A program made the position numbers and the translations under genes. The notes beneath the pieces are model-generated. The model saw nothing but the letters and a program-made list of their open reading frames with translations, was not told the DNA's origin and ran no database searches. A stretch of 64,000 bases of DNA from contig JBALDB010000011.1 in assembly GCA_036918135.1 (NCBI GenBank), positions 224,001 to 288,000 on the forward strand, in the 5' to 3' direction. Position 1 is the stretch's first letter, and each line of letters starts with the position of its first letter. Below are positions 30,110-43,710 of this stretch, one piece after another. The stretch comes from Nostoc sp. (GTDB taxonomy: Bacteria; Cyanobacteriota; Cyanobacteriia; Cyanobacteriales; Nostocaceae).

Positions 30110-32485
30110 TTATCTTCTGAATTGTGCAGCCGTAATAACTGCTTGTCCTAAAGATAACCCGCCATCATTCGCTGGAACTAAGCTGTGAGTCAATACTTCT
30201 ATTCCCAATGTTTGTAAAGGTTTGGTAATTTGCTCTAACAATATACAATTTTGAAACACCCCTCCTGTTAGAGCTACCTGATAAATCATATTTTCTTGAC
30301 AAAGACGTTTAGCCATTTCTACAATCGCATTGGCTAAACCTTTGTGAAATTTAGCAGCAATAAATGCTTGGGGAATTTGTTGCTGCAAGTCATGGAGCAA
30401 AGCTTGCCACATTGGACGCGGGTCTATACAGTAAATACTATCTGAAAAACTAAATTGAAAAGGATAAATTAGCGTTTCTTTATCATTATTTAAGATGTTA
30501 ATATCAACTAGAGCTTCCAGTGCGATCGCAGCTTGTCCTTCATAGCTACATTCATCTCTATAAATACCGATAGCCGCCGCTACTGCATCGAACAACCTCC
30601 CCACTGAGGAAGCTGGAGGAGAGTTAATTCTTTTTTCAACTAATTGATTAAGTAGTTTTAATGGCTTGCTTTTCAAAAATTTAACTATTTCTAAATCAGA
30701 ATATTGTTCTTGGCAATCATCCCAAAGATTAGCAGCTATTAATTGGGCATAGGTATTACGCCAAGGTTGATATATTGCTTGTTCGCTGCCAATCATTGCC
30801 ACTGATTTAAATGTTGCTACTCGCCTAAATTTTCGGTAATCTGCTAAAATAAATTCTCCCCCCCAGAGTGTACCATCTTCACCATAACCCAAACCATCTA
30901 AAGCAATACCTAATACTGGAGGCGAATTTAAAGGAATGTTATTTTCTGCAATGCAGGCAGCGATGTGGGCGTGATGATGTTGGATTGGGTTAATTTTAAT
31001 TTTATTTCTATCTGCAATTTCTTTACCAAATTTGCTTGAGAGATACTCAGGGTGTTTATCAATCGCAATTATTTTTGGTTGATGTTTAAATAAATTTAAG
31101 TATAAATTCAAAGTTTCTTTGTAAGCATGAAAAGCCACAGTATTTTCTAAATCTCCTAGATGTTGTGAAAGAATTGCTTCTTTTTCTCGCAACAAACAGA
31201 ACGTATTTTTTAACTCACTACCCATTGCTAAAATTGACGGTACATTCTCAAATCCAGGTGGTAAACTAATCGCTGTTGGTACATATCCTCTAGCACGGCG
31301 AATTGTTTGAACTTTCTCACCAACAACCCGTACTACCGAATCATCTACTCGATTAATAATTTCCCGATTATGGAGAATAAAATAATCAGCTATTGTTCCT
31401 AATTTTTCTCTGACTTGATTATTATCAATACATTGGGGTTCATCGGCAATATTGCCACTAGTTAAAACAATTGGACGATTCATCCGCCGCAAAATTAAAT
31501 GATGTAACGGCGTATAAGGTAGCATAAAACCAAGGTGATTTTGCCCCAGTGCTACTGAAGCTGCAATATTAAAATTCAGAGAACATCTATTCTCGGTTTC
31601 TATTCCCAGTCCCTTTCTCTGCAATAAAACAATCGGTGCAGCAGAACTTATTAATAATTCTTTTTCCTTAGCATTTACAATACAATATTGTTCAATTACT
31701 TCAATATCTCGTGCCATTAAAGCAAAGGGTTTATGATAGCGCCTTTTGCGTTGACGGAGTTTTTGTACAACAGTTTCCTGAGTTGCATCGCAAGCTAAAT
31801 GAAAACCACCTAACCCTTTAATTGCAACAATCTCACCTTTTTGCAATAGGGTACAAACAGCATCAACATCATCTAACATCGAGAACATGGAAGCTGTAAC
31901 CGCTTTCCCATCAGCGCGTTCCAACCAAGCTGAAGCACCACAAGCATGACAAGCTACAGGTTGAGCATGAAAACGGCGATTTTCAACATCGTGGTATTCC
32001 TTTGCACATTCCGAACACATGGTAAACGCAGACATACTGGTATTGCATCTGTCATAAGGAATTGCCCGAATAATACTCAGGCGAGGGCCGCAATGAGTAC
32101 AGTTAGTAAAGGGGTAACGGTAAAAGCGGCTAAAAGGATCGAATATTTCTTTTTGACATTGTGGACAAGTTGCTGCATCAGGAGCAATTTCTGTTTTAAT
32201 TGCACTATTGACACTACTAGAAATCACAAAATTATCAACGTTTAATTTACCAATGTAAGGAGTTCTTATTAGTTCATTAATTTTTGCTAACGGTGGGCAT
32301 TCTGCTTGCAATTTGGCAACAAATTCGCTTATTGCTTCTTCACTACCAGATACGTGAATTAAAACACCTTGGCCATCATTACAAACTTCGCCACCCAAAC
32401 CGCAAGCTTTAGCAAGACGATATACAGTAGGACGAAATCCTACTCCCTGAACAGTACCGCGAACTCTAATTTCTTCAATCACCAT
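30110..32485 (-). CDS. hypF: Carbamoyltransferase
   Basis: VQGVGFRP, two Zn fingers, KGLGGFH, HHHAH, DGLGYG, NDGGLSLGQ. Confidence 0.97.
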   Translation of the reverse strand: MVIEEIRVRGTVQGVGFRPTVYRLAKACGLGGEVCNDGQGVLIHVSGSEEAISEFVAKLQAECPPLAKINELIRTPYIGKLNVDNFVISSSVNSAIKTEIAPDAATCPQCQKEIFDPFSRFYRYPFTNCTHCGPRLSIIRAIPYDRCNTSMSAFTMCSECAKEYHDVENRRFHAQPVACHACGASAWLERADGKAVTASMFSMLDDVDAVCTLLQKGEIVAIKGLGGFHLACDATQETVVQKLRQRKRRYHKPFALMARDIEVIEQYCIVNAKEKELLISSAAPIVLLQRKGLGIETENRCSLNFNIAASVALGQNHLGFMLPYTPLHHLILRRMNRPIVLTSGNIADEPQCIDNNQVREKLGTIADYFILHNREIINRVDDSVVRVVGEKVQTIRRARGYVPTAISLPPGFENVPSILAMGSELKNTFCLLREKEAILSQHLGDLENTVAFHAYKETLNLYLNLFKHQPKIIAIDKHPEYLSSKFGKEIADRNKIKINPIQHHHAHIAACIAENNIPLNSPPVLGIALDGLGYGEDGTLWGGEFILADYRKFRRVATFKSVAMIGSEQAIYQPWRNTYAQLIAANLWDDCQEQYSDLEIVKFLKSKPLKLLNQLVEKRINSPPASSVGRLFDAVAAAIGIYRDECSYEGQAAIALEALVDINILNNDKETLIYPFQFSFSDSIYCIDPRPMWQALLHDLQQQIPQAFIAAKFHKGLANAIVEMAKRLCQENMIYQVALTGGVFQNCILLEQITKPLQTLGIEVLTHSLVPANDGGLSLGQAVITAAQFRR

Positions 32486-32519
32486 AGCAATCTGATTTTC
32501 AAAAATTACGAATTATGAA

Positions 32520-33731
32520 TTACGAATTATCAAACTGCCACAGCAAAATTCGATTATTTCCAGAATCAGCTATTACTGCCGTTTTACCACAAATTTTTAT
32601 ACTGTAACACCAATTTAAACTATCTCGTTTTGCTAATCCAAAATCCCGATTTTCACCTTTACTTTGAAAATTCATTTGTCCGGTTATTCCATCTGCGGCT
32701 GCATTTTGCAGTGATAAAATTGATTGTGACTTTTTCCATCCTAACAATCGCGAATTTGCAGTATCTGCAACTACTAACCACTCCCCACCCACGCCTACAC
32801 CATAAGGCATACTCAAGCTACTAGCACCAGGATAATAAACCCCTTGATTCATTTCCACACAATCAAAGTTTTTTTGCCCTAAAACCACTGCACAAGGAGT
32901 ATTATTTTCTGTGGGTATTCCTTGCCAAATCATTACACGGTTATTGCCTGCATCACTGACAACCAAATTTTCTCCCCAAAAGGTAATATCGTGACACCAA
33001 CGCATACTCGCTGCGGTTGGAGAACCACCACCGTTTTCATTGCGAGATATCATATCTGGTTGTCCCAAAACTAAATCAGCAGGTTGACCGTTTTCTGTTG
33101 GTAATTGATGCCAAATTAATACCCTGCGATTTCCTGTATCAGCAATAAATAGCTGTCCTTGATGATAAAAAACTCCGTAAGGCCAGTGCATTGTATCGGC
33201 AGATGCTTGTTGAGTTCCTCGATTTGGTTCATTATCGCTAAAATTCATTTGTCCTAATACCAAATCTGCTGGTACATTGCTATCTTGTGGTAAATTTTTC
33301 CAAATCAAAATCCGATGATTCCAAGCATCTGCTACAGCTAATCCTTTGCCACAACTACAAATTCCAGTTGGTACATTTAAAGTACTTCTTCCAGTTGTAC
33401 CTTTAGCATTTTGTCCTTCATGATAAAAGTCAGGTTGTCCAATTATCCAATCAGCCGATTGACTGTCTTTAGTAGGTAAATTTCGCCATCCCAGTAATCG
33501 ATGATGTCCTGTATCCGATACCCACAATACTCCATTTAATAACAAACAAGCACCACGAGGCCCAAACATTGTAGCCGGACTGGGTGCTACAGGCATCACT
33601 AATTGTTGTGCTTCAATAATATTACCTAAAATTACCTCTGCACCCTGAGATGAGAAAGGTAAGTTTTGAGGAGTTGCTGTTGCTTCTGGCGGTAATTGTG
33701 CTATAGGATGAATTGTAATTGGGATATCCAT
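32520..33731 (-). CDS. NHL-repeat protein of the extended hyp operon
   Basis: Repeated VADxxNxRxL...ADLVLGQ units. Confidence 0.88.
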   Translation of the reverse strand: MDIPITIHPIAQLPPEATATPQNLPFSSQGAEVILGNIIEAQQLVMPVAPSPATMFGPRGACLLLNGVLWVSDTGHHRLLGWRNLPTKDSQSADWIIGQPDFYHEGQNAKGTTGRSTLNVPTGICSCGKGLAVADAWNHRILIWKNLPQDSNVPADLVLGQMNFSDNEPNRGTQQASADTMHWPYGVFYHQGQLFIADTGNRRVLIWHQLPTENGQPADLVLGQPDMISRNENGGGSPTAASMRWCHDITFWGENLVVSDAGNNRVMIWQGIPTENNTPCAVVLGQKNFDCVEMNQGVYYPGASSLSMPYGVGVGGEWLVVADTANSRLLGWKKSQSILSLQNAAADGITGQMNFQSKGENRDFGLAKRDSLNWCYSIKICGKTAVIADSGNNRILLWQFDNS

Positions 33732-33989
33732 GAACCATAAATAGAGGCTGATAAATATTTAAAAACATTAATATTTAATAGCATGTAACAACAGTAACTT
33801 TTTGATATTTTTGAGATAAAATACTCAAGAAAATCAAGTGCAATTGTTGAAATTGTAAAATATATCTTTTAAATAGACGCTTCGGTAAAATAGATTTGTT
33901 AATAAGCGAACGTCTCAAAGTCTTATCTATTGAATAATGATAAGAATTAAGAGAAGCATTTTTAGATTTTTCAAATATATCTGATTTAG

Positions 33990-34838
33990 TTACTTAGCTA
34001 ACAGTTTTACAAAAACCTTATTGTCTTTAATCTTTACTGGATATGATTGAAGCGAAATATTAGGTGCAGTTAAACATTCACCTGTCTCTAAATTATACTC
34101 AAATCCGTGGAAAGGACAAGTAATAATGCCATTTTCAATCTTACCCCGATCTAAAGGATTTCCTAGATGAGTACAAGCATTACGGTAACATCTAAAGGTA
34201 ATACCCTGGCGATATAAAATTAGTGAAGTACCAGCAAATTCTACTGCTAATACACTTAATTCAGGAACTTGCTCAATAGTTGCTACTTTTATCCAACTAG
34301 AACTTAACTTTGGAGGGAATGGACTTATTAAACTAGAACTTGCAGCGTTAACAGTAGAGTTATTATTGATAGCAATAACTTTGGTAATTTCTGGACAATG
34401 GTTTTTGATTGCTTGTTCTACTCCCTGAGATAAAGTTAGATTAGAAGCCGGACAACTGCTACAAGTTCCTATTAATCTTACTTCTACAGTATCTGGTGGT
34501 TTAATTGCTACTAATTCTATATCACCGTTATGGCTTTTTAAGCCTGGTCGGACTTCCTCAAGTGCTGTTTGAATGCGCTGTGTTAGTGGTGGTTTTGGCG
34601 GTTTAACTAATTCGTGATAAAGCAATACTGCATATACTACTTCATCAGTAACAGCATGACGTAAAGCTGACATTGATTCTTGTTTGAGACTTTTAATTAA
34701 ACTAGTCAATGCTGCTTTATGTAAAGCTTCAATTGCTCTTTTTAAGCCTACTGCTACACACCGTTGGCTTTCATCCCACTCGGATATAATTGCCTCAAAG
34801 CGGTTAATTTCCTGAACTAATTCTTCAAGGTTGGACAT
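33990..34838 (-). CDS. NifU-C domain / Rieske [2Fe-2S] fusion protein
   Basis: VRPGLKSHNGD...GTCSSCPAS (NifU); CTHLG...CPFHG (Rieske). Confidence 0.9.
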   Translation of the reverse strand: MSNLEELVQEINRFEAIISEWDESQRCVAVGLKRAIEALHKAALTSLIKSLKQESMSALRHAVTDEVVYAVLLYHELVKPPKPPLTQRIQTALEEVRPGLKSHNGDIELVAIKPPDTVEVRLIGTCSSCPASNLTLSQGVEQAIKNHCPEITKVIAINNNSTVNAASSSLISPFPPKLSSSWIKVATIEQVPELSVLAVEFAGTSLILYRQGITFRCYRNACTHLGNPLDRGKIENGIITCPFHGFEYNLETGECLTAPNISLQSYPVKIKDNKVFVKLLAK

Positions 34839-34995
34839 GGGGCAGAACAATTTTGAATTTAAGATTTGACAAAAAGTTGGAGGGAGGTTTCCTTTCAACT
34901 AAACTTTTCAAGACGGATTTGGGATTGAACAATCATAAATTGTAAATCCAACTTTTAGGTAGGGCATTAGTTACTTAGAAAGGATTGATGGCGAC

Positions 34996-35220
34996 TTACT
35001 TCATTTTAAAATCTTTGAGAAGAAATGGCATAATCATTCCTGTCACTAAGCTAGATAATATTACTGGTAGGTAAAAGGGAATTTTTGCTTGTGCGAATAA
35101 TACTAGTAGTAGCGAACCTACAGCAGTAGCAATGGTAGTTCGCTGGATAAAATATATGGGGTCGCGCAGAAGCTTTCCTTTTAAAAATAATTTGGCAGAA
35201 AACCACCCAATTTCTAACAT
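34996..35220 (-). CDS. Small membrane protein of the hup/hyp region
   Basis: AGGAG RBS before MLEIGWFSAK; two TM segments. Confidence 0.75.
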   Translation of the reverse strand: MLEIGWFSAKLFLKGKLLRDPIYFIQRTTIATAVGSLLLVLFAQAKIPFYLPVILSSLVTGMIMPFLLKDFKMK

Positions 35221-35228
35221 ATTTTCTC

Positions 35229-35495
35229 CTAATAATTTTTTAATAAATTGAGAATGACTAGCCCTAAAATGATAGCGGGAATTACGCCAGCAGGAGCAAA
35301 TAATGCACCAAGCATTGCAGAAAACTGATAACCTATATCTTTTCCAGCTAATAGCATACCGCCGATAGCACCACCAACCATAGATAAGACTGTTGCTGTG
35401 ACTAGCCAAACAAATTCTGTTGCTATGTTCAGGTCACCTGCTGCTAAACTTGTGAAAAAATCTCTGACAGTAGAGCTTGTCAAAATATCTTGCAT
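35229..35495 (-). CDS. Small Gly-rich membrane protein of the hup/hyp region
   Basis: SMVGGAIGGMLLAG; two TM segments. Confidence 0.75.
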   Translation of the reverse strand: MQDILTSSTVRDFFTSLAAGDLNIATEFVWLVTATVLSMVGGAIGGMLLAGKDIGYQFSAMLGALFAPAGVIPAIILGLVILNLLKNY

Positions 35496-35583
35496 TCTCA
35501 GTTTTCCTTCTTAATTAAGTTGGGTGAGTGGCAAGTGGAGAGTTAGGAGTGGAAAGTTAAGTTAGATGAAAATTTCATAACTT

Positions 35584-36552
35584 CTAACTTTTAATTTCTG
35601 CTTCTATCTCTTGTAATGCTTGAGTTATTATTTCTACTTGTTCCATTTGTTGATATTTAGTAAATATTTCTAAAGCTTGTTGATAGTATGCACGCGCTTG
35701 TAAAAGATTTTTATGATTACCCGCTTCTGGTTTTTCTGTATCATCGGGTAAGTTGAATAATACATTAGCTTTGTTTGAGATTGTGTTAGCGTACTCAAGC
35801 GGTGTATCTTTGGAATTACGTACTTTTAGTGCTTCTTCATAAGCAACGATCGCCTTTAAGTTATTCTCCACAGGATGGGAACTCACTAAATATTGCAAAG
35901 CGTTACCCAAATTATTTTGCAACATCGCATATTCTCTGGGATGCTCAATCAGATTAATATGCTTTAGCGCTATCTCAAATGATTGCACTGCTAACCCTTG
36001 ACGCAAGTATTCCCGTTCTGATGCTAAGGGCATGGAAAGATAAGCGATCGCAATATTATTGTATAAAATAGCATATTCTTGTGGGTAATCCTGCCAATTA
36101 AATACTCGCAAAGCTTCATGATAAGCTTGGATACTATCGGTTATCCGCGCTAAATTATACGGAACAAGTGATTGTAATACCAGCCCGAAGTTCATCTGTG
36201 TCTCTGCCACTTCTTCGGGTAAAGCTAACTGTTGTAAAATCGGTAGTGCTTCTTCATAACCGACTTTCGCTTGCAACAGCAGTTGTGTGCTTACATCCGG
36301 TATTGCCTGTAACGTTCCTGCCATCCCCACTTGCGCCCTGGCTTTAAGTAGGGGAAACTCCTCACCACACATCTCATAGGCGCGGTAATATAAGCTAACT
36401 GCATTCCGCAAGTCTTGAGCTGTTTTAGGCTTTTTTTGAAAGCCTTGTGCTATTTCAATCAGCATTTGGATTTTTTCATCCGCTGAGGCTGACTCCGATG
36501 CAACAGCTGCGATCGCAGCCTTCACCGCTGAATCTGTAATGCTAGGGGTCAT
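35584..36552 (-). CDS. TPR-repeat protein of the hup/hyp region
   Basis: Repeated P.EYA....N...A / YEEAL units. Confidence 0.85.
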   Translation of the reverse strand: MTPSITDSAVKAAIAAVASESASADEKIQMLIEIAQGFQKKPKTAQDLRNAVSLYYRAYEMCGEEFPLLKARAQVGMAGTLQAIPDVSTQLLLQAKVGYEEALPILQQLALPEEVAETQMNFGLVLQSLVPYNLARITDSIQAYHEALRVFNWQDYPQEYAILYNNIAIAYLSMPLASEREYLRQGLAVQSFEIALKHINLIEHPREYAMLQNNLGNALQYLVSSHPVENNLKAIVAYEEALKVRNSKDTPLEYANTISNKANVLFNLPDDTEKPEAGNHKNLLQARAYYQQALEIFTKYQQMEQVEIITQALQEIEAEIKS

Positions 36553-37210
36553 AACTCTGCCATACTCTAGCCAATTGGGAATTGAGTCTGTTTATGCCCA
36601 CAAATGATTAAGACACCCTTTGGTATCCAATCGCGGGCCATACTGATTTACGCAGGCTTCGAGTCCTTTTGGCGGAATTCCCCTTTTTTGTCTAAGACTA
36701 GGGATTAGTAACTTGGAAAGAAAGACGCGGGGACACAAAGACACAGAAAAATATTCTCTCTACGTCAGCGTGTCTCACTATCTTTGCGTCCTCTTCCCAT
36801 GCCCAATCCCCAATCCTTTAAATATAAAACACTTTATTTCTCAAATTCTAGAGGGGAATTGCCAATATTAATGTCAGTTTTAAACACCTAATATTTTAAA
36901 AATATTTTTTGTATCATCACTAGATACAATCCAAATATTCTTTATGGAATTGTTGACATACATATATGCGCTATCTTTATAGGCAACTTTTGTAACACTA
37001 TAATCAAGTGGTAAAAGTCATTTTAATATCTGGTACTGCTTCCAATATAGTGCTAATTGACTAGTCAGCGGCTTACTTTTCTACAGAGACTTGCTGGTTG
37101 GTTTTACATTTGGTTTATACGTTCGTCAAAGTAATTCGATACCAAATTTTTGTGAACGCAAATGAACACCGAAGTGTAAAATATGTTTGTCAACTGTAAA
37201 ACAACCTCCC

Positions 37211-38015
37211 TTGAAAACAGACAGTATTTTTTATCGTATTTTCCAAAGTATCCCCAGCACTTTCTTTGAACTAATTAACCAACCTCCACAACTAGCTACT
37301 GCTTATCAATTTTCTTCAGTCGAAGTCAAACAACTAGCCTTTAGAATCGATGGTGTCTTCCTTCCAAATGCAACAGCGCTACCTATCTATTTTGCCGAAG
37401 TGCAATTTCAACCAGACAAAAAATTCTACTCACGTTTATTCGCTGAAATCTTTAACTATCTTGACAAAACCGAATTAACCAATAATTGGCATGGTGTTGT
37501 CATCTTCCCCAACCGCAGCGTTGATAATGGAAATACCGAAAGATATACAGAAATACTCAACTCACAACGAGTCACTCGCGTCTATCTTGACGAATTAAGC
37601 TCAATTGAGACATCATCAATCGGCATTAAGACAGTTAAACTGAATCGTTGAACCCGAATCAACTGCAACAACAAAAGCTCTCGAAATAGCCAACACTGCC
37701 AGAGAGCAAATTCCAGATGTTGCTACAATTAAAGAAATTATACAATTGATAGAGACAATATTAATCTACAAGTTGCCGCGATTGAGCCAACAGGAGATAG
37801 AAAAAATGTTTGGAGCAAATGAGTTAAAGCAAACTAGATTTTATCAAGATGTTTTTGCAGAAGGTAGACAAGAAGGTAAACAAGAAGGTAAACAAGAAGG
37901 TAAGTTAGAAACCATACCCCAGTTATTAGCATTGGGTTTAAGTATCGAACAGATAGCTCAAGCTTTAGCTTTGGATGAACAAGTTGTTAGACAAGCTGCA
38001 CAATCAAAATCTTAA
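37211..38015 (+). pseudogene. Rpn family (DUF2887) nuclease, frameshifted near 37643
   Basis: KTDSIFYRIF...FRIDGVF...FAEVQFQ. A +1 shift at aaactgAatcgttgaa; the frame resumes as IVEPE... and ends in EGKQ repeats. Confidence 0.85.
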
Positions 38016-38674
38016 AAGAATTGATATATATTTGACGGGGCGTAAGACTTTGCGCTCCGATATTTTTTGTATTTAAATTTTTCTGTATCAATACTGTTAT
38101 ATATATAAATATTTTTACTTATATTAATATTGTAATTATCTTCGATTGTCAGGGTTTATAAAAGGTGATGTCTACAACAAGCTAGACTTACTAATACTCC
38201 TGGTGAGCGCGATCGTCTTTTTCATTTTTTATGATAAATATATTAATTTATACTTAAAATTAAATATTTTAATATTTTTGTTAATAAATTATGAGTGTTA
38301 ATAGGAATTAATAAAGTAGGTTAAAGTTGTCAAAATTAAAAATTTAAATATGAATTTAATTTTACTTTTACCAATTATTAATTTGTTAAATATATTACAT
38401 ATAAAACAAATTTAAGCATGAATATTAATTTAAATAATTAATTCTTTTTTAATAAAAGAGAATTAAATAAAAAATACTTTATACTGAAAAATAAATATCA
38501 ATAAATAGGTGAGACTTTACAAGCTTTGTCACTTATATGGTGCTGAGTGGGGAGTGAAAAGTAGAGAGTAGTGAGTGAGGGAAATGAAGGAACAGAGCGA
38601 AAACTCCTAACTCCTGACTTAGGATTCAGCACTGGACAGACTCATTTGGTAAACAATAGAAAAACTCATAGCCG

Positions 38675-39637
<963 letters not shown>

Positions 39638-39710
39638 GAATGGGGAATAGAGAAGTACTGAGTTAGGAGTTATTCTCCTTCATCCCCACATCAATAAAAG
39701 GAGAGAAGAA

Positions 39711-41306
<1,596 letters not shown>

Positions 41307-41325
41307 ATAATGTTAATTACTAAGT

Positions 41326-41362
41326 AAAAAATGGCTATTTGTGATTCAAATAGCCATTTTTT
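41326..41362 (+). terminator. Intrinsic terminator after hupL
   Basis: aaaaaatggctatttg-tgatt-caaatagccatttttt. Confidence 0.8.
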
Positions 41363-41540
41363 ATTATGATTTTTTTACCTTAAGGTTGAGCCATTGTCTC
41401 ACAGTGGTGTAAAAAAGCTCAACACAAACATAACTCCAAGACCAATTGCAACAATTAAAAATAGTTTGCTACTTAAATCTAAGAATTGATTAAGAACCTC
41501 AATGTGTGGTCGCCCTGGTAGGCTGAGTTGTACACGTACA

Positions 41541-41680
41541 TACAGCAGTTTTCGTTTACATAAAGTACAAAGTCACAGATTTTGAGGCAGGAGGCAGAAG
41601 GCAGCTATGCTGGGGGGATAAAGAATAATTAGAGTTTTGAATTCTCAGTTTTGTACCTCATAAACCTGCAATACGCTGTA
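41541..41680. mobile_element. MITE-like element
   Basis: Inverted ends tacagc.../...gctgta with inner gtacaaa/tttgtac; non-coding. Confidence 0.45.
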
Positions 41681-41781
41681 GTTGAGCCAACGAATTAAGT
41701 CTTGATTCTGATGGGCACCAAAAGAAAAAATTTGATAAAATCCAAAGCTTAAAATAGCAGGTAAAACAAGAGCATACCTAA

Positions 41782-42693
41782 GAGGCTGTTTGAAAAGTCG
41801 AACAGGTTGTAAAAAAGCTCTCTAGGTATACGCTGTGAATAGATAGTAGACAGCACCAAGAGAGCAACATGAGTAAAGCATACCCTAGCAATCTGACCCA
41901 CACTCAATATGAATTTCTAAGTGACATGATTCCAGAACCCAAACTCGGTGGTCGCAAGCGTGAAGTTGATATGTGGGAAGTCCTTAACGCAATTTTCTAT
42001 GTCTTGGTAGAAGGAATTAGATGGCGATCGCTACCGGGCGACTTTCCCGCATGGCAGACAGTGTACACATATTTTCGCGACTGGCGCAAAAACGGTACGT
42101 GGTTGAACATTCACGATAGTCTCCGGCAGTGGGTTCGGATTGAGCAGGAGCGCCATTCAAGTCCATCCGAGGCAATCATCGATAGTCAAAGTGTGAAAAC
42201 TGCTGCAATGGTGCATGAAGCCGTAGGCTACGATGCGGGCAAGAAAATCAAAGGTCGTAAGCGATTCATAAGTGTCGATACCTTGGGGTTAGTCTTGCGG
42301 GTGTTGGTCACGGCTGCTAATGTGGGTGAGCGCCAAGGAGGTAAACGAGTTCTCATACGGGTCAAGCACTCTAGCGAACAGGTATCTCGTTTGACAACCC
42401 TCTGGGTGGATGGGGGTTTTGATGGTGAGCCATTCATGCAGTGGGTGATGGACTTTTGCCGTTGGATTGTACAAGTGGTGCTGCGACCAGAACAAACTAA
42501 AGGGTTCGTATTGCTCAAGAAACGTTGGGTAGTGGAACGCACTTTCGGCTGGGTGATGGGGTGTCGGCGATTGGTTAGAGACTATGAGTTATTGCCCGAA
42601 ACATCAGAGACGTTTATATACATTGCTATGATCCGAATCATGGTGAGGCGATTGGCATAAAATTTGACCCTTTAAAACTTTTCAAACAGCCTC
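41782..42693 (+). mobile_element. IS5-family (IS1031-like) insertion sequence, 912 bp
   Basis: Perfect 17-bp terminal inverted repeats gaggctgtttgaaaagt / acttttcaaacagcctc. Confidence 0.95.
41869..42660 (+). CDS. IS5 family transposase
   Basis: YPSNLT, WRSLPGDFP, IIDSQSVK, GRKR, RWVVERTFGW. Confidence 0.95.
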   Translation: MSKAYPSNLTHTQYEFLSDMIPEPKLGGRKREVDMWEVLNAIFYVLVEGIRWRSLPGDFPAWQTVYTYFRDWRKNGTWLNIHDSLRQWVRIEQERHSSPSEAIIDSQSVKTAAMVHEAVGYDAGKKIKGRKRFISVDTLGLVLRVLVTAANVGERQGGKRVLIRVKHSSEQVSRLTTLWVDGGFDGEPFMQWVMDFCRWIVQVVLRPEQTKGFVLLKKRWVVERTFGWVMGCRRLVRDYELLPETSETFIYIAMIRIMVRRLA

Positions 42694-42925
42694 TCAGATA
42701 AGCTTCAATCTCTTGCTGATTTGCATGGTAATAGGTTAAAGCTGCATAAACTTGTGCAAGAGTTAAATTACCCATCCGTTCAACAATTTCTTCAGCATTC
42801 ATCCCCCTCTCATACCAAGCTGCAACTCGTTGAACAGATACTTTAGTTTCAGCAATTCGAGGACGACCACCAAGAGTTCCAGGTGTCCGAACAATCAGTG
42901 TGCCAATGTCAGTAATAGTTTGCAT
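42694..42925 (-). pseudogene. DUF433 protein truncated by the IS
   Basis: GGRPRIAETKVSV...LTLAQVYAALTYY; the frame runs into the IS right end. Confidence 0.8.
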
Positions 42926-43025
42926 AAGCTACCTAACTCACTTTTACCCTCATCATCGCATATTATATTGGTTCAGTAAAAGTTTTTATCTCACAATATA
43001 AACTCAAACTATGGTGTAATTTTAC

Positions 43026-43532
43026 CTACAATTTATCAATACTGAAAAATCCTGTAGAATTGCCATTTATAGTTTTTTCATCTACCTTTTTCATGCCAAT
43101 TCTTTCTGCTAATTTTTGTGACTCCAAATTTGGGCGATCGCAGCTTGCTACTAGATACTCATAGTTAAGTTTATCAAAAGAATATTCGAGTATCTTCGTT
43201 GCAGCTTCAGTGGCATAGCCTTGTTTGGTAGCTTTCGGCAGCAAAGCATAAGCTAATTGAGGCTGTTCTTCATCAAAGAAATTCCACAAACTAATAAATC
43301 CAATAATTTCTTGCTCATTTTTAATCTCAATAAACCAAAGACCATATCTTTTTTATTCAAAATTATTTCGACTCTCTTTCACCATTTCTTCAACCTGTTG
43401 CAATGGAAAAATTTTGTCGTCGCACAGATACTTTCTCACGTATGAATCGATGAGAATAGCGTGTAGTGTATTCAGCCCATTCTCTAAAATTGGTTTTAAC
43501 AACAGCCTTTGAGTTTCAAGTATTAAAGCCAT
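43026..43532 (-). pseudogene. RimJ/RimL-type GNAT with an in-frame TAA at 43353-43355
   Basis: LETQRLLL...NNFE*KRYGLWFI...QGYATEAA...NLESQKLAERIGM, all in one frame. Confidence 0.85.
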
Positions 43533-43710
43533 TAGTGTAAACCTCACTGCGACTCCAGCATTTTTGAAAACAGCAATATTACTCATAGTCTACTAAATTA
43601 CAATCTGTTCTAAGTAAATTGCCAGAATAAAATCAAACTATGTAAAGAAAAATGAACTAGGCTAAAACCCTCACCCTACTTCAGTGATGTCTATGGCTGG
43701 CTACGCCAAT

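Noticed and set aside
36560..36700. NiCo riboswitch
   Set aside because: Short matching words (gcaggc, gggcc, tgtggg) are not in the right order or strand for that motif.
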